Assembly: GCA_016192145.1 (NCBI GenBank)
Contig: JACPUT010000005.1
Span: forward strand, 188,592 to 252,591
Reading direction: 5' to 3'
DNA: 64,000 nucleotides
Source: Acidobacteriota bacterium
GTDB taxonomy: Bacteria > Acidobacteriota > Holophagae > Holophagales > Holophagaceae
Shown here: positions 43,214-51,972 of the stretch, piece after piece
Numbering within the stretch: the stretch's first letter is position 1
Layout: each line of letters begins with the position of its first letter
Notes under the pieces: generated by a model
Database searches by the model: none
The model's input: the letters and a program-made list of their open reading frames with translations, nothing else
What the model was told of the DNA's origin: nothing
Position numbers and translations under genes: made by a program

Positions 43214-44341
43214 TCAGCCCTTGCGATCCATCCGCTGGGGCACCGGGGCATAGACCCGGCGAAGGGTTTCCGGGGCCTTCGCCCAAGCCTTCAGCGCTTC
43301 ACCGCGGGTGGCATACCACCCCCAGCAGGCCTGCCACGCCCGAACGCCATCGCGCCGGGGCCAGGGCAGCACGGTGATCCGATCCGCCCGGCGGCCCGCC
43401 TGGGTGGCGAGGTGGGGAAGGCCCGTGTCGGTGACGGCCACGAGCATCCGGAGCGTCCAGGGTCGGGCGGGATTTCCCACCCGCGTGGCGCCCACGCGGA
43501 GGCAGGCCTCCAGATTCCCCTGCCGCATCGCGGTGAGGGGATCCGGCAGCGATTCCGGAGCGGGTATCACCCGGATCTCCAGGCTGCGGCTGAGCCCCCC
43601 GGCGAGGTTGCTCACGCTGAGGGTGTAGACCGTGGTGCGGTCAGGCACCACCGTGACCTTTTCGCGCCCCGTGAGCTCCAGGCCCCCGGGCTCCAGGCGC
43701 ACCTTGGCTTCGCCCTGGCACTCCCACATCAGCTCCACGGGCTGGCCGGGCGCCACTTCGAGCCGGTTGGCGGCAAAGCTGCAGATGCGCGCCGGTGCCT
43801 GATCCCGGGGTGTGGGCATCACCGCTACGTCGAGGCTGCGGGTCTGGCCCCCGGCGTCGTTGGTCACCAGGAGCGTGTAGCGGGTGTTCTCCTGGGGGGT
43901 CACCACCACGAAGCTGCGGCCATCCAGCTCCAGGCCGCCCGGCTCCAGGCGTACCTTGGCGGCTCCCGTGCACTCCCAGCTCAGCACCACGGGATCGCCG
44001 GGCAGCACCTTCGCCGAGCTCGCATCGAAGCTGCATACCCGCGCGGGCTCCCCGAGGGGAAGGCCCGGTTCCACCTTCACCAAGGCGCGGGCCAGTTCGC
44101 GCCCATCGTCGGCGCGGCGCAACACGTAGGTGGTGGTGGCGGAGGGGCGCAGGGTGAGCTGTCCCGCTTCGCCCAGGCGGATATCCCCAGGCTCGAGGCG
44201 CACCACCCCCGTGCCCGGGGCGGACCACCGCAGCAGCAAGGTCTGACCGGGTCGGATCGATGGCTCCGAAACTTCCAGCAGAGGCGGAGCCTGGGCGCAC
44301 AGGATAGGCGCGGCCACCAGGGGTGTCAGGAAGGGGCGCAT
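43214..44341 (-). CDS. Secreted protein with three ~84-aa Ig-like repeats and a distinct C-terminal domain
   Basis: Start at 44341 (signal MRPFLTPLVAAPILCAQA). Repeat units have the form ...RVCSF..V.PG.PV.L.WEC.GAAKVRLEPGGLEL.G...V.V.P...T.YTL.V.N.AGG..RSL...V.P. The DNA period is about 250 bp. Confidence 0.65.
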   Translation of the reverse strand: MRPFLTPLVAAPILCAQAPPLLEVSEPSIRPGQTLLLRWSAPGTGVVRLEPGDIRLGEAGQLTLRPSATTTYVLRRADDGRELARALVKVEPGLPLGEPARVCSFDASSAKVLPGDPVVLSWECTGAAKVRLEPGGLELDGRSFVVVTPQENTRYTLLVTNDAGGQTRSLDVAVMPTPRDQAPARICSFAANRLEVAPGQPVELMWECQGEAKVRLEPGGLELTGREKVTVVPDRTTVYTLSVSNLAGGLSRSLEIRVIPAPESLPDPLTAMRQGNLEACLRVGATRVGNPARPWTLRMLVAVTDTGLPHLATQAGRRADRITVLPWPRRDGVRAWQACWGWYATRGEALKAWAKAPETLRRVYAPVPQRMDRKG

Positions 44342-44443
44342 GCTCCAACTATCGCACCCTCCGCTCCCCTGCGCTGGGGTCCGACACCCGCGGGGCCTGA
44401 GCCTGGAACTCAAGGGCAGCGCCCCTGGCGCCGACTCAACGGC

Positions 44444-46453
44444 GTGTCTCGAACCTTCCGACCTACGGGAATCCTGATCAGTTCCCTAGCGGCCGCCCTG
44501 GCGGCCCAGGAGACCGACGAAAGCGCGGCCCAACGGCGTGAAGCCCTGCTCCGGCTCATGCAGACCCCCGTGGAGGCCAGTTCGCGTTACGCCCAGGGCC
44601 TCCTGGAGAGCCCTCAGGCCACCTCGGTGCTCACCCGGGACGACCTGGATCGGCTGGGCCCCCTGCCCCTCGTGGAGCTGCTCCGTGGTCTCCCCGGCGT
44701 GGATGCCCACGAGCTGGGTTCCCTGGGCGATTTCGTGGGCCTCCGGGGCAGCCTGATCCAAGGGAACCCCACCACCGTCCAGATCCTCGTGGATGGGGCG
44801 CCCTTCCACAATCCCATCGCTGGTGTGGCCACCCTCTCCGGCCTGCCCGTGCCCTGGGAGCTCATCGATCGCATCGAGGTGACGCGGGGCCCCAGCTCCA
44901 CGCTGCATGGGGCCAACGCGGTAACGGGCGTGATCTCCATTCGGACGCGGCGGGCCGACACCGGCCAGTCGGGCGAATTCCGGGCCGAGGGGCTTCACCC
45001 CCGGGGCTTCCGAGGGGGCGGCGCCCTCCGCGTGGGAGGGGAGAAGTGGGGTTTCGTCGCCGGGGCGGAGGGGCTGAGCGTCGATGACTCCGGGCACTCC
45101 TACCAGGTGCTCGGGAATCCTCCCCCCTCCCTCCGGCCCACGCCCGGCCAATTGGAGGCCACGAGCCATGATGCCCAGCGGAAACGGCGGGCCTTCCTTC
45201 GCGGGGATGCGCAGTTCGGCGCCCACCAGTTTTGGTTTTCCGGCGGCGGCAGCCAGATTTTTTCTGGCGCCAGTTTCGTGGGAGCCATCTACACCTTCCC
45301 CTATTCCACGTCGGATACGACGATGCTGCAGACGGGCTGGTCCTGGCGGGCCACGCCGGCCCTGCGCTGGGAGGCCCAGCTCAACCGCCTGGGGTTCCGA
45401 CAGGGCATCGGGCCCGTGCCCGCCTTGGCCACCGTGGACCCCGCGACCCTCGGCGAGTCCTACCCCTACGAGTACCACCGGGAACAGGGCTCCCTCCTCA
45501 TGGATTGGCGGGCGACCTCCGTGGTGCGCATCGTGGGAGGCCTCGACGGGGCCCGGCTCACGGGGCGGCCGAGTCCCCTCATCGGCCTGATGGAGCCGAC
45601 GCACGAACGCTCCGCGGGGATCTTCGCCTCGGCGGACTTCAACCTGCCCGGCGAGTGGGGCCTTTCCCTGGGGGCCCGGGCGGAGCGGGAGACCCTCGGC
45701 GGCTCCCGCGTCTCCCCCCGCCTCATCCTCATGTGGAAGCCCTCGGGGCAGAGCCACCTCCGGGCCGGGTGGTTCACGTCCACGCGCAGCCCCCAGGTCT
45801 TCGAAAGCCGCGTGAACAGCAGCCTGGGCCCCATTTCCAACCGCCCCAACCCGGACCTCCGCCCCGAATCCGCCGACACCTTCGAGGTGGGATACCGGTG
45901 GAGCGATGGGGTTTGGAGCCTGGACGCCACGGCCTTCTCGGGAAGGCTGCGCCACGAGATCCTTCGCCTCCCCCTCGCCGGCGCCCCTCCGGGCACCAAC
46001 CAGTTCCAGAATGGCCCCTCCTACCCCAGCCGCGGCCTGGAAGGGGAGTTGACCTGGTGGCCGCGGCCGGGGTGGGTGCTGGGTTTGAACGCGACGTGGC
46101 TCCACGTGGAGGATCCCCAGACCGGGGAGCTGGCGGATTACGCCGGTCCCTTCCGGGCGAACCTCTGGACCCGGTTCAGCCGCGGCCCCTGGCTCGGCAG
46201 CCTCACGCTCCACCACACGGCCCGGACCCGCGTGGGCGCCTACCAGGGCGCCACGACGGGAGAGGATCGGGCGGCCTTCACCCGCTTGAACGGCCACCTC
46301 GCTTGGAACCTTCCCCAGGGGCTCCGCCTCTTCGCCACCGCCACCCTGCTCGGCGCGCCCTTCACACCCCAGGGCTCGGGGTTCACCACCAAGCCCTTCG
46401 TCATGTATGGGGGGCAGGAACGGTGGGGCTTGGGTCTGGGCTGGACCTTCTAG
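44444..46453 (+). CDS. TonB-dependent receptor
   Basis: Plug motifs ATSVLTRDDLDRL, LVELLRGLPGV and IEVTRGPSSTLHGANAVTGVISI. The barrel ends in the terminal LGLGWTF. The GTG 44444 start is tentative. Confidence 0.8.
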   Translation: MSRTFRPTGILISSLAAALAAQETDESAAQRREALLRLMQTPVEASSRYAQGLLESPQATSVLTRDDLDRLGPLPLVELLRGLPGVDAHELGSLGDFVGLRGSLIQGNPTTVQILVDGAPFHNPIAGVATLSGLPVPWELIDRIEVTRGPSSTLHGANAVTGVISIRTRRADTGQSGEFRAEGLHPRGFRGGGALRVGGEKWGFVAGAEGLSVDDSGHSYQVLGNPPPSLRPTPGQLEATSHDAQRKRRAFLRGDAQFGAHQFWFSGGGSQIFSGASFVGAIYTFPYSTSDTTMLQTGWSWRATPALRWEAQLNRLGFRQGIGPVPALATVDPATLGESYPYEYHREQGSLLMDWRATSVVRIVGGLDGARLTGRPSPLIGLMEPTHERSAGIFASADFNLPGEWGLSLGARAERETLGGSRVSPRLILMWKPSGQSHLRAGWFTSTRSPQVFESRVNSSLGPISNRPNPDLRPESADTFEVGYRWSDGVWSLDATAFSGRLRHEILRLPLAGAPPGTNQFQNGPSYPSRGLEGELTWWPRPGWVLGLNATWLHVEDPQTGELADYAGPFRANLWTRFSRGPWLGSLTLHHTARTRVGAYQGATTGEDRAAFTRLNGHLAWNLPQGLRLFATATLLGAPFTPQGSGFTTKPFVMYGGQERWGLGLGWTF

Positions 46454-46472
46454 GCCTGCTCTCCTCACGGGG

Positions 46473-46496
46473 AGGGGCACCCCCCTGAGTGCCCCT
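46473..46496. terminator. Hairpin between the convergent TonB-dependent receptor genes
   Basis: aggggcac-ccccctga-gtgcccct (8-bp stem), read directly. There is no T-tract. Confidence 0.4.
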
Positions 46497-46522
46497 GCCT
46501 TGCCGCTTGAACCTCGGCCCCC

Positions 46523-48625
46523 TCAGAACCGGTAGGAAGCCTGCAGCCCGATCTCGCGGCGGACATTGCGGATGATGAGCTGGTTGGCCAAGCCGCCATT
46601 GGAGACGGGGGCATCCTTCTTGTTGGCGTTCTGCCCATAGACCGAGACGGAGATGCCGTTGAAGAACTCCATTCCCGAGTTGAAGTGGAGGAGGGTCTGA
46701 GCGTCGATGTCCTGGCGCGCGATGGCGTTGCCGAACGGGGTGGCGAGGGTGTAACCGCCGATGTGCTGCACGGCACCGTAGAAGAAGAACTGCCCCCACT
46801 GATACTTGCCCCAGAGGTTGGCCAGCTGCTTCGGGCTGTAATCCGCCTGATTCCCCGTGTCGTAGAGGGGATCCTTGAAGCTGGCCGTGGAGAGGTTGAC
46901 GCCCATGGTCAGGCCCGGGGAGATTTCGCCCGTGAGGCTGAGCTCCACACCCGTGTCCTCATAGGAATCCGGTCCGTTCCGGAACTGGACTTCCGGCTTG
47001 GGCCCAACGAAATTCCCGGTGCGGTATTGGGAAATGAGCTTCTTCACCGTCGCTTTGAAGACGGTCACATCGAGGATGGCCCGGGACCACTTGTGGCGGT
47101 AGCCCAGCTCAAGGGTGCTCACGTCCTCCGGGTCGAGACCGGGATTGGGGATGAGCACCTGGGCCACCACGGCATTGTTCACGCCCGCGAACTTCTCCTG
47201 CACCTGGGGGCTGCGCTGGGACGTGAACCAGCCCGCGCGCAGGGCGGAGCTGGAATCCACCTTCCAGACCACGGAAGCCCGGGGGCTCGTGCTGCTCCCG
47301 CCCAAGGATTCATTGGCGGCCCGGGCCCCGGCGGAGAAGATGAAGGCCCCCATTTCCCAATCGGCGGAAATGAAGCCACCGGAGGCGCTCAGATCCTGCG
47401 CCTGGACTCCCACCGTGGGATTGGGGTCCGTCTTGATGCTATGGGAGTCCACCCCCACCACGAAGTGAAGGGAGGCCATGGGATCCCAATTAGCCTGGAT
47501 CGCCCCACCCCGGATGGTCTCGGAGAAGAAGTCGTATCCCTTCACCAGGCCTGGATCCGAGCCGAGACCCGCGTTCCAAACGACGGTGGAGAAGGCGCTT
47601 CCGGGGATGGATGCGACGGGTCCCACGTGCCAGATGAACTTCTTCTGATCCGCCCGCGCTTCCAGGCGGAAGGCGGTTCCGAAGGCCTGGGACCAGCCCA
47701 CCTGGGCGATCTCCCGTCGGATCCACTCATCCGTGAAGTTGAGCACCGGCTGGTAACCCGGCGGGAAGGGCGCACCCGGGGGAGGGGCCGCGATCCCGAT
47801 CTCGCTGAAGTGCCCCGCTTCACCGCGGCCGTAGGCCGCCCAGATCCTGGCGTCCTTCCCGAGGCTGAGCTCCGGCCTCAGGTAGAGCTGGCTGGTGTGC
47901 GTGGCGTTGGGCTGGGAGAAGGTCAGGGAGGGATTCGCGATCATCGGCAGCTTCTGATCGGTGTCCCCGTTGGATCCGCCACCCATGGCGGCCGTGAGCT
48001 GGAAGGCATCGGAGTTGTAGGCGAGATAGGCTTGGCCCCGGCCCGAGTGGTGGTCTGCCCCTGCGGCCCGCAAGCTGCCGGATACGCCGCCATTCGCGAT
48101 TCCCCGTTTGGTGCTGATGGCGATGACGCCCATCTGGGCATTGGCCCCGTAGAGGCTGGAGCTGGGGCCCCGCACGATCTCCACGCGATCGATGGCGTCG
48201 ATGGGCACGGGGATGCCGTTCCAGTCCACGCCCAGGTTGATGATGTTGTAGAGGGCCACGCCATCCACGAGCACCTGGATGGAGCGGGCGCTGTTCGCGG
48301 GGTTGATCCCCCGGATGGTCACGTTGATCTTGTTCGGGTCGTTGTCCCATACCTGCACGCTGGTGGCGAGTTTGAGGACATCCGTGAGCTTGAAGGCGCC
48401 GGACATGCGGATCTGCTCGGAGGTGATCACTTCCACGGCCTGGGGGCTCTCGATGGGATCCTGCACGCGCTTGGAGGCGCTGGAGATGGGCGTGTTCAAC
48501 AGGGTGATCAGCGCCATCTCGTCATCCTTCTCCTTGGCAGGGGCGGGCTGCTGGGCCAACAGGGGAAGGCAGCAGACTCCGCCGCCGACGATCAGGTACG
48601 GAATGGATTTGCGATGAGCGGCCAT
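46523..48625 (-). CDS. TonB-dependent receptor
   Basis: Start at 48625, after a ggagga RBS. Plug motifs QAVEVITSEQIRMSG and VEIVRGPSSSLYGANAQMGVIAI. The barrel ends in the terminal LQASYRF. Confidence 0.85.
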   Translation of the reverse strand: MAAHRKSIPYLIVGGGVCCLPLLAQQPAPAKEKDDEMALITLLNTPISSASKRVQDPIESPQAVEVITSEQIRMSGAFKLTDVLKLATSVQVWDNDPNKINVTIRGINPANSARSIQVLVDGVALYNIINLGVDWNGIPVPIDAIDRVEIVRGPSSSLYGANAQMGVIAISTKRGIANGGVSGSLRAAGADHHSGRGQAYLAYNSDAFQLTAAMGGGSNGDTDQKLPMIANPSLTFSQPNATHTSQLYLRPELSLGKDARIWAAYGRGEAGHFSEIGIAAPPPGAPFPPGYQPVLNFTDEWIRREIAQVGWSQAFGTAFRLEARADQKKFIWHVGPVASIPGSAFSTVVWNAGLGSDPGLVKGYDFFSETIRGGAIQANWDPMASLHFVVGVDSHSIKTDPNPTVGVQAQDLSASGGFISADWEMGAFIFSAGARAANESLGGSSTSPRASVVWKVDSSSALRAGWFTSQRSPQVQEKFAGVNNAVVAQVLIPNPGLDPEDVSTLELGYRHKWSRAILDVTVFKATVKKLISQYRTGNFVGPKPEVQFRNGPDSYEDTGVELSLTGEISPGLTMGVNLSTASFKDPLYDTGNQADYSPKQLANLWGKYQWGQFFFYGAVQHIGGYTLATPFGNAIARQDIDAQTLLHFNSGMEFFNGISVSVYGQNANKKDAPVSNGGLANQLIIRNVRREIGLQASYRF

Positions 48626-48852
48626 GCCTTCCTCCGTGGTATTCAAGGCCTCGTCCCTGCCGGGGGGGCCCTTCGGTTGGTCCGTTGGCAATGAGGACGA
48701 GGTGCAAGCTGCCCTTCGGCTGGGATAGGGGTGTCTTGAATTTCCACCTCAGGTGCAGAGGTTCCTGCCTCCCAGGGCAATCCATGCCGGATTTCCCTTC
48801 AACCTTTGATCGGGAGCAGGGTCCATTCGGATTCAGGAGCCCAGGAACTCCC

Positions 48853-49995
48853 ATGCCCCCACGGAATCCCGCCCCCGCTTACTCCGAAAGCCGCCGGCGC
48901 CTGCTCGCCACCCTGGGCGGCGCCCTCGCCCTCACCGCCTGTGGCGGGGGCTCGGGAAGCAGTTCCGCGCCCGAGCCCCCCGCGGGCGGGACTCCGCCGC
49001 GCCTCCGCATCGTCGGCCCGGACCTGCTCGCGCCCGATGGCTCCCCCCTGAAGCTCCGGGGCTGGAACTGGGGCCGCTGGGGCCTCGCCCAGCCCACGGA
49101 CGCCGCCGACAACGCGGCCCAGGGCGCCACCTGCGTGCGCATCCCCCTGCGCTGGTGGGGCTACTACGAAGGGCCGGGCATCGACAGCCGCGACGACAGC
49201 CAAACGACGACGGCGGGCATCGACGCGGACCACCTGGCCATCCTGGACGCCATGGTGGCCCAGGCCTCCGCGGCCCAGCTCTGGATCATCCTCTTCATCG
49301 ACTCCGACTGCGGCCAGAACGGCACCCAGGATGCCCACGAGGTGGCCTACTGCGACCCCAAGGGGCAGTACCCCAACGGCCACAACTTCTGGACCGATCC
49401 CGGCGTGCGAGCGAAATTCATCAAGGCCTGGAAGTTCATCGCCGCCCGCTACCGGAACACTCCCTACCTCGGCCTCTTCGAGCCCCTCCCCGAGCCCAAT
49501 CCCACGTCGGGCACCGACGCCGACATCGCCGCCTTCTATGATGAAGTGATGGCGGCCATCCGCACCGGGGCCCCCGGGGTGCCCTTCCTCCTGGGCCCCC
49601 GCGTCTATGGCATGAAGTCCGTGGGCGACGCTTACAACGCCAAGTGGAAGGACGTCGTCTACACCGGAAACCTCTTCCTCCGCACGGGGGGCACTCCCGA
49701 GGAGAACATCGCCGAGCTGGGCCTGCGCCTCCAGCACCTGCTGGACCTCCAGACCGCCCATCAGGTGCCGATCTTCGTGCAGCAGTGCGGGGTCATGTCC
49801 GGCGACGACCCCGACCTCAGCTACCTCAACGCCATGCTGTCCCTGCTGAACGGCAAGGGTGTCGGGTACACCTACTGGGAATACCGCGACTCCCTCAACC
49901 CAGATGCCTACGGGGTGATCTACCAGGATGGGCACGGCAGATGGATCACCAAGCAGGGATTCCTGGATGCGATCTCCGGGTACTTCAAGGCCTAA
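48853..49995 (+). CDS. Glycoside hydrolase family 5-like lipoprotein
   Basis: Arg-rich signal with a lipobox (SRRRLLATLGGALALTAC). KLRGWNWG, VRIPLRW, LGLFEPLPEP and GYTYWEY resemble GH5 strands carrying the two catalytic Glu residues. Confidence 0.65.
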   Translation: MPPRNPAPAYSESRRRLLATLGGALALTACGGGSGSSSAPEPPAGGTPPRLRIVGPDLLAPDGSPLKLRGWNWGRWGLAQPTDAADNAAQGATCVRIPLRWWGYYEGPGIDSRDDSQTTTAGIDADHLAILDAMVAQASAAQLWIILFIDSDCGQNGTQDAHEVAYCDPKGQYPNGHNFWTDPGVRAKFIKAWKFIAARYRNTPYLGLFEPLPEPNPTSGTDADIAAFYDEVMAAIRTGAPGVPFLLGPRVYGMKSVGDAYNAKWKDVVYTGNLFLRTGGTPEENIAELGLRLQHLLDLQTAHQVPIFVQQCGVMSGDDPDLSYLNAMLSLLNGKGVGYTYWEYRDSLNPDAYGVIYQDGHGRWITKQGFLDAISGYFKA

Positions 49996-50017
49996 GAATC
50001 AATGAAAAGGCATGACG

Positions 50018-50325
50018 CAGAGGCGCGGAGGCGCGGAGGCGCGGAGGCTCAGAGAAGGACAACGAAGGTTCGAGGTATCCGCTTCCTTTGTTTGGGTTCA
50101 TCGCGGATTTCCGGGGAACCTCTCCCACTGGAACGAGAAGGGAGCGGTCGGGCCATGACGGATCGCTTCGCGTTTCGAATCGAAAAGGTGGAACGCAGAG
50201 GACACCGAGGGCCCTGTGGGCCTTCGCAGAGGCCGCAGAGACCCGCCGCGCGCCGTGCCCATGGCTTGAGGGGATCCATGGGGCGTGTACCTCCGCTGGG
50301 TCGCGCCGCCTCCGCGCCTCCGCGT
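50018..50325. repeat. Non-coding element bounded by inverted GGAGGCGC-repeat arms
   Basis: Left arm: an 8-mer tandem run cagaggcgcggaggcgcggaggcgcggaggc (50018-50049). Right arm: gcgccgcctccgcgcctccgcg (50303-50324), which contains an 18-nt reverse complement of the left arm. Internal GCAGAGG-like copies and the palindrome tttcgaatcgaaa are also present. Confidence 0.5.
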
Positions 50326-50349
50326 TGAGCTTTCGGGCGCCGGCCAGTA

Positions 50350-51873
50350 TCAGACCGGCGTGACGCTCCGGCGCTTCACGGGCCAGGCCTCGCGTCGCTT
50401 GGCACGGGCAAGGCGAGTGGCCAGCTCCCGGCGCAGGTCGCCGGGCTGGATGATGGCGTCCACGTGGAGGTCGGCGGCGAGCTTCACGAGATTGATGTCC
50501 TCGTTGTACTCATCGCGGAGCTGCTGCACGTAGGCGCGGCGCTCCTCCTCGGGCTTCTCGGCGATCTTGTTGGCGAAGACGGCGTTCACGGCGGCCTCGG
50601 CGCCCATCACGGCGATGCTGGCCGTGGGCAACGCGATCGTCGCGTCGGGATCGAAGCCGGGGCCGCTCATGGCGTAGAGGCCGGCGCCGTAGGCCTTGCG
50701 CACCACCACGCAGAAGCGGGGCGTGGAGCAGCTGGCCATGGCGCTGATCATCTTGGCGCCGTGGCGGATGATGCCCTGCTTCTCCACGGCGCTGCCGATC
50801 ATGAAACCGGGCACGTCGCTGAGGAAGAGAAGGGGGATGCCGAAGGCGTCGCAGAGGGTCATGAAGCGGGTGGCCTTGTCGGCGCTGTCGACAAACAGCA
50901 CGCCGCCCTTCACCCGCGGCTGGTTGGCCACGATGCCCACGGGGCGGCCCTCGATACGGGCGAGGCCCGTGATGAGCTCGCCGGCGAAGAGCTTCTTGAT
51001 CTCCAGGAAGGTGCCCTCGTCCACCAGAGCCTCGATGAAATCCTTCATCTGGAAGGGGCTGTTGATGTCCTTGGGCACCAGCGTCGAGATGTCCTTGGCC
51101 TTGGCGGCCACGGCCCGGGGTTCCGCCATGGGCAGCGCGTCTTCGCCGTGTTGGGGGAAGTAGGCCAGGTACTGGCGGCAGAGGGCGATGGCCTCCTGCT
51201 CCGTCTTGCACAGGAAGTCGCCGCAGCCCGAGACCGAGCAGTGCATCTTGGCGCCCCCCAGATCCTCCAGGCTGATCTGCTCGCCGATGACCATCTCCGC
51301 CATGCGGGGGGAGCCCAGGTACATGGAGGCGTTGCCCTCCACCATCATCACCACGTCGCAAAAGGCCGGAATGTAGGCGCCACCCGCGGCCGAGGGGCCG
51401 AAGAGGAGGCAGATCTGGGGCACCAGTCCGCTCAGCGCGACTTCGTTGTGGAAGATGGTGCCGGCGTGGCGGCGGCCGGGGAACATGTCGATCTGATCCG
51501 TGATGCGCGCCCCGGCGCTGTCCACGAGGTAGAGCATGGGCACCTTCATCCGCATGGCCACTTCCTGGATGCGGATGATCTTTTCCACGGTGCGGGCGCC
51601 CCAAGAGCCGGCCTTCACCGTGCTGTCGTTGGCCATGAGGGCCACGGGACGGCCGTTCACGAGGGCCGTGCCCGTCACCACGCCATCGGCCGGGAGGCTG
51701 CCCTGGAGGGCGTTGGCGAAGAGGCCATCCTCCACGAAGGAGCCCTCGTCCACGAGGAGGCGGATGCGCTCCCGGGCGAAGAGCTTGCCCGACTTCGCAT
51801 TCTTTTCGTGATCCTTGGCCGCGCCGCCCCTGTGGATGCGCTCGATCTCGGTTGTCAGGTGCTCGGGCTGCAT
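50350..51873 (-). CDS. Acyl-CoA carboxylase carboxyltransferase (beta) subunit family protein
   Basis: Start at 51873. GKLFARERIRLLVDEGSF, ANDSTVKAGSWG, LVDSAGARI and GPSAAGGAYIPAFCD are typical of propionyl-, methylcrotonyl- or glutaconyl-CoA carboxyltransferases. Confidence 0.85.
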   Translation of the reverse strand: MQPEHLTTEIERIHRGGAAKDHEKNAKSGKLFARERIRLLVDEGSFVEDGLFANALQGSLPADGVVTGTALVNGRPVALMANDSTVKAGSWGARTVEKIIRIQEVAMRMKVPMLYLVDSAGARITDQIDMFPGRRHAGTIFHNEVALSGLVPQICLLFGPSAAGGAYIPAFCDVVMMVEGNASMYLGSPRMAEMVIGEQISLEDLGGAKMHCSVSGCGDFLCKTEQEAIALCRQYLAYFPQHGEDALPMAEPRAVAAKAKDISTLVPKDINSPFQMKDFIEALVDEGTFLEIKKLFAGELITGLARIEGRPVGIVANQPRVKGGVLFVDSADKATRFMTLCDAFGIPLLFLSDVPGFMIGSAVEKQGIIRHGAKMISAMASCSTPRFCVVVRKAYGAGLYAMSGPGFDPDATIALPTASIAVMGAEAAVNAVFANKIAEKPEEERRAYVQQLRDEYNEDINLVKLAADLHVDAIIQPGDLRRELATRLARAKRREAWPVKRRSVTPV

Positions 51874-51972
51874 GGGGTCCTCAGGGCAAGAGAACCATTC
51901 TAGGGGTGAATGGGTCCATAACCCAGGCTGGATGATCCGGAGTCTGCGCCGATACTGGGCGGGGAGGATCCC

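Noticed and set aside
43412-44443. The N-terminal 344-codon extension of the TonB-dependent receptor ORF.
   Set aside because: It runs antisense through the repeat-protein gene and has no signal peptide or plug features. The receptor-like sequence begins only near 44444.
48626-48852. A possible cobalamin riboswitch upstream of the TonB-dependent receptor (minus-strand leader contains gaagggaaatccgg).
   Set aside because: I found no B12-box-like GCCACTG element and none of the expected conserved junction sequences. The resemblance is limited to a short AGGGAA/ATCCGG stretch.
50018-50200. A CRISPR array or tRNA remnant in the long spacer (8-mer tandem repeats; gtttcgaatcg resembling a T-loop).
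   Set aside because: The repeats are only 8 nt and contiguous, with no spacers. No acceptor or anticodon stems can be drawn around the T-loop-like string.
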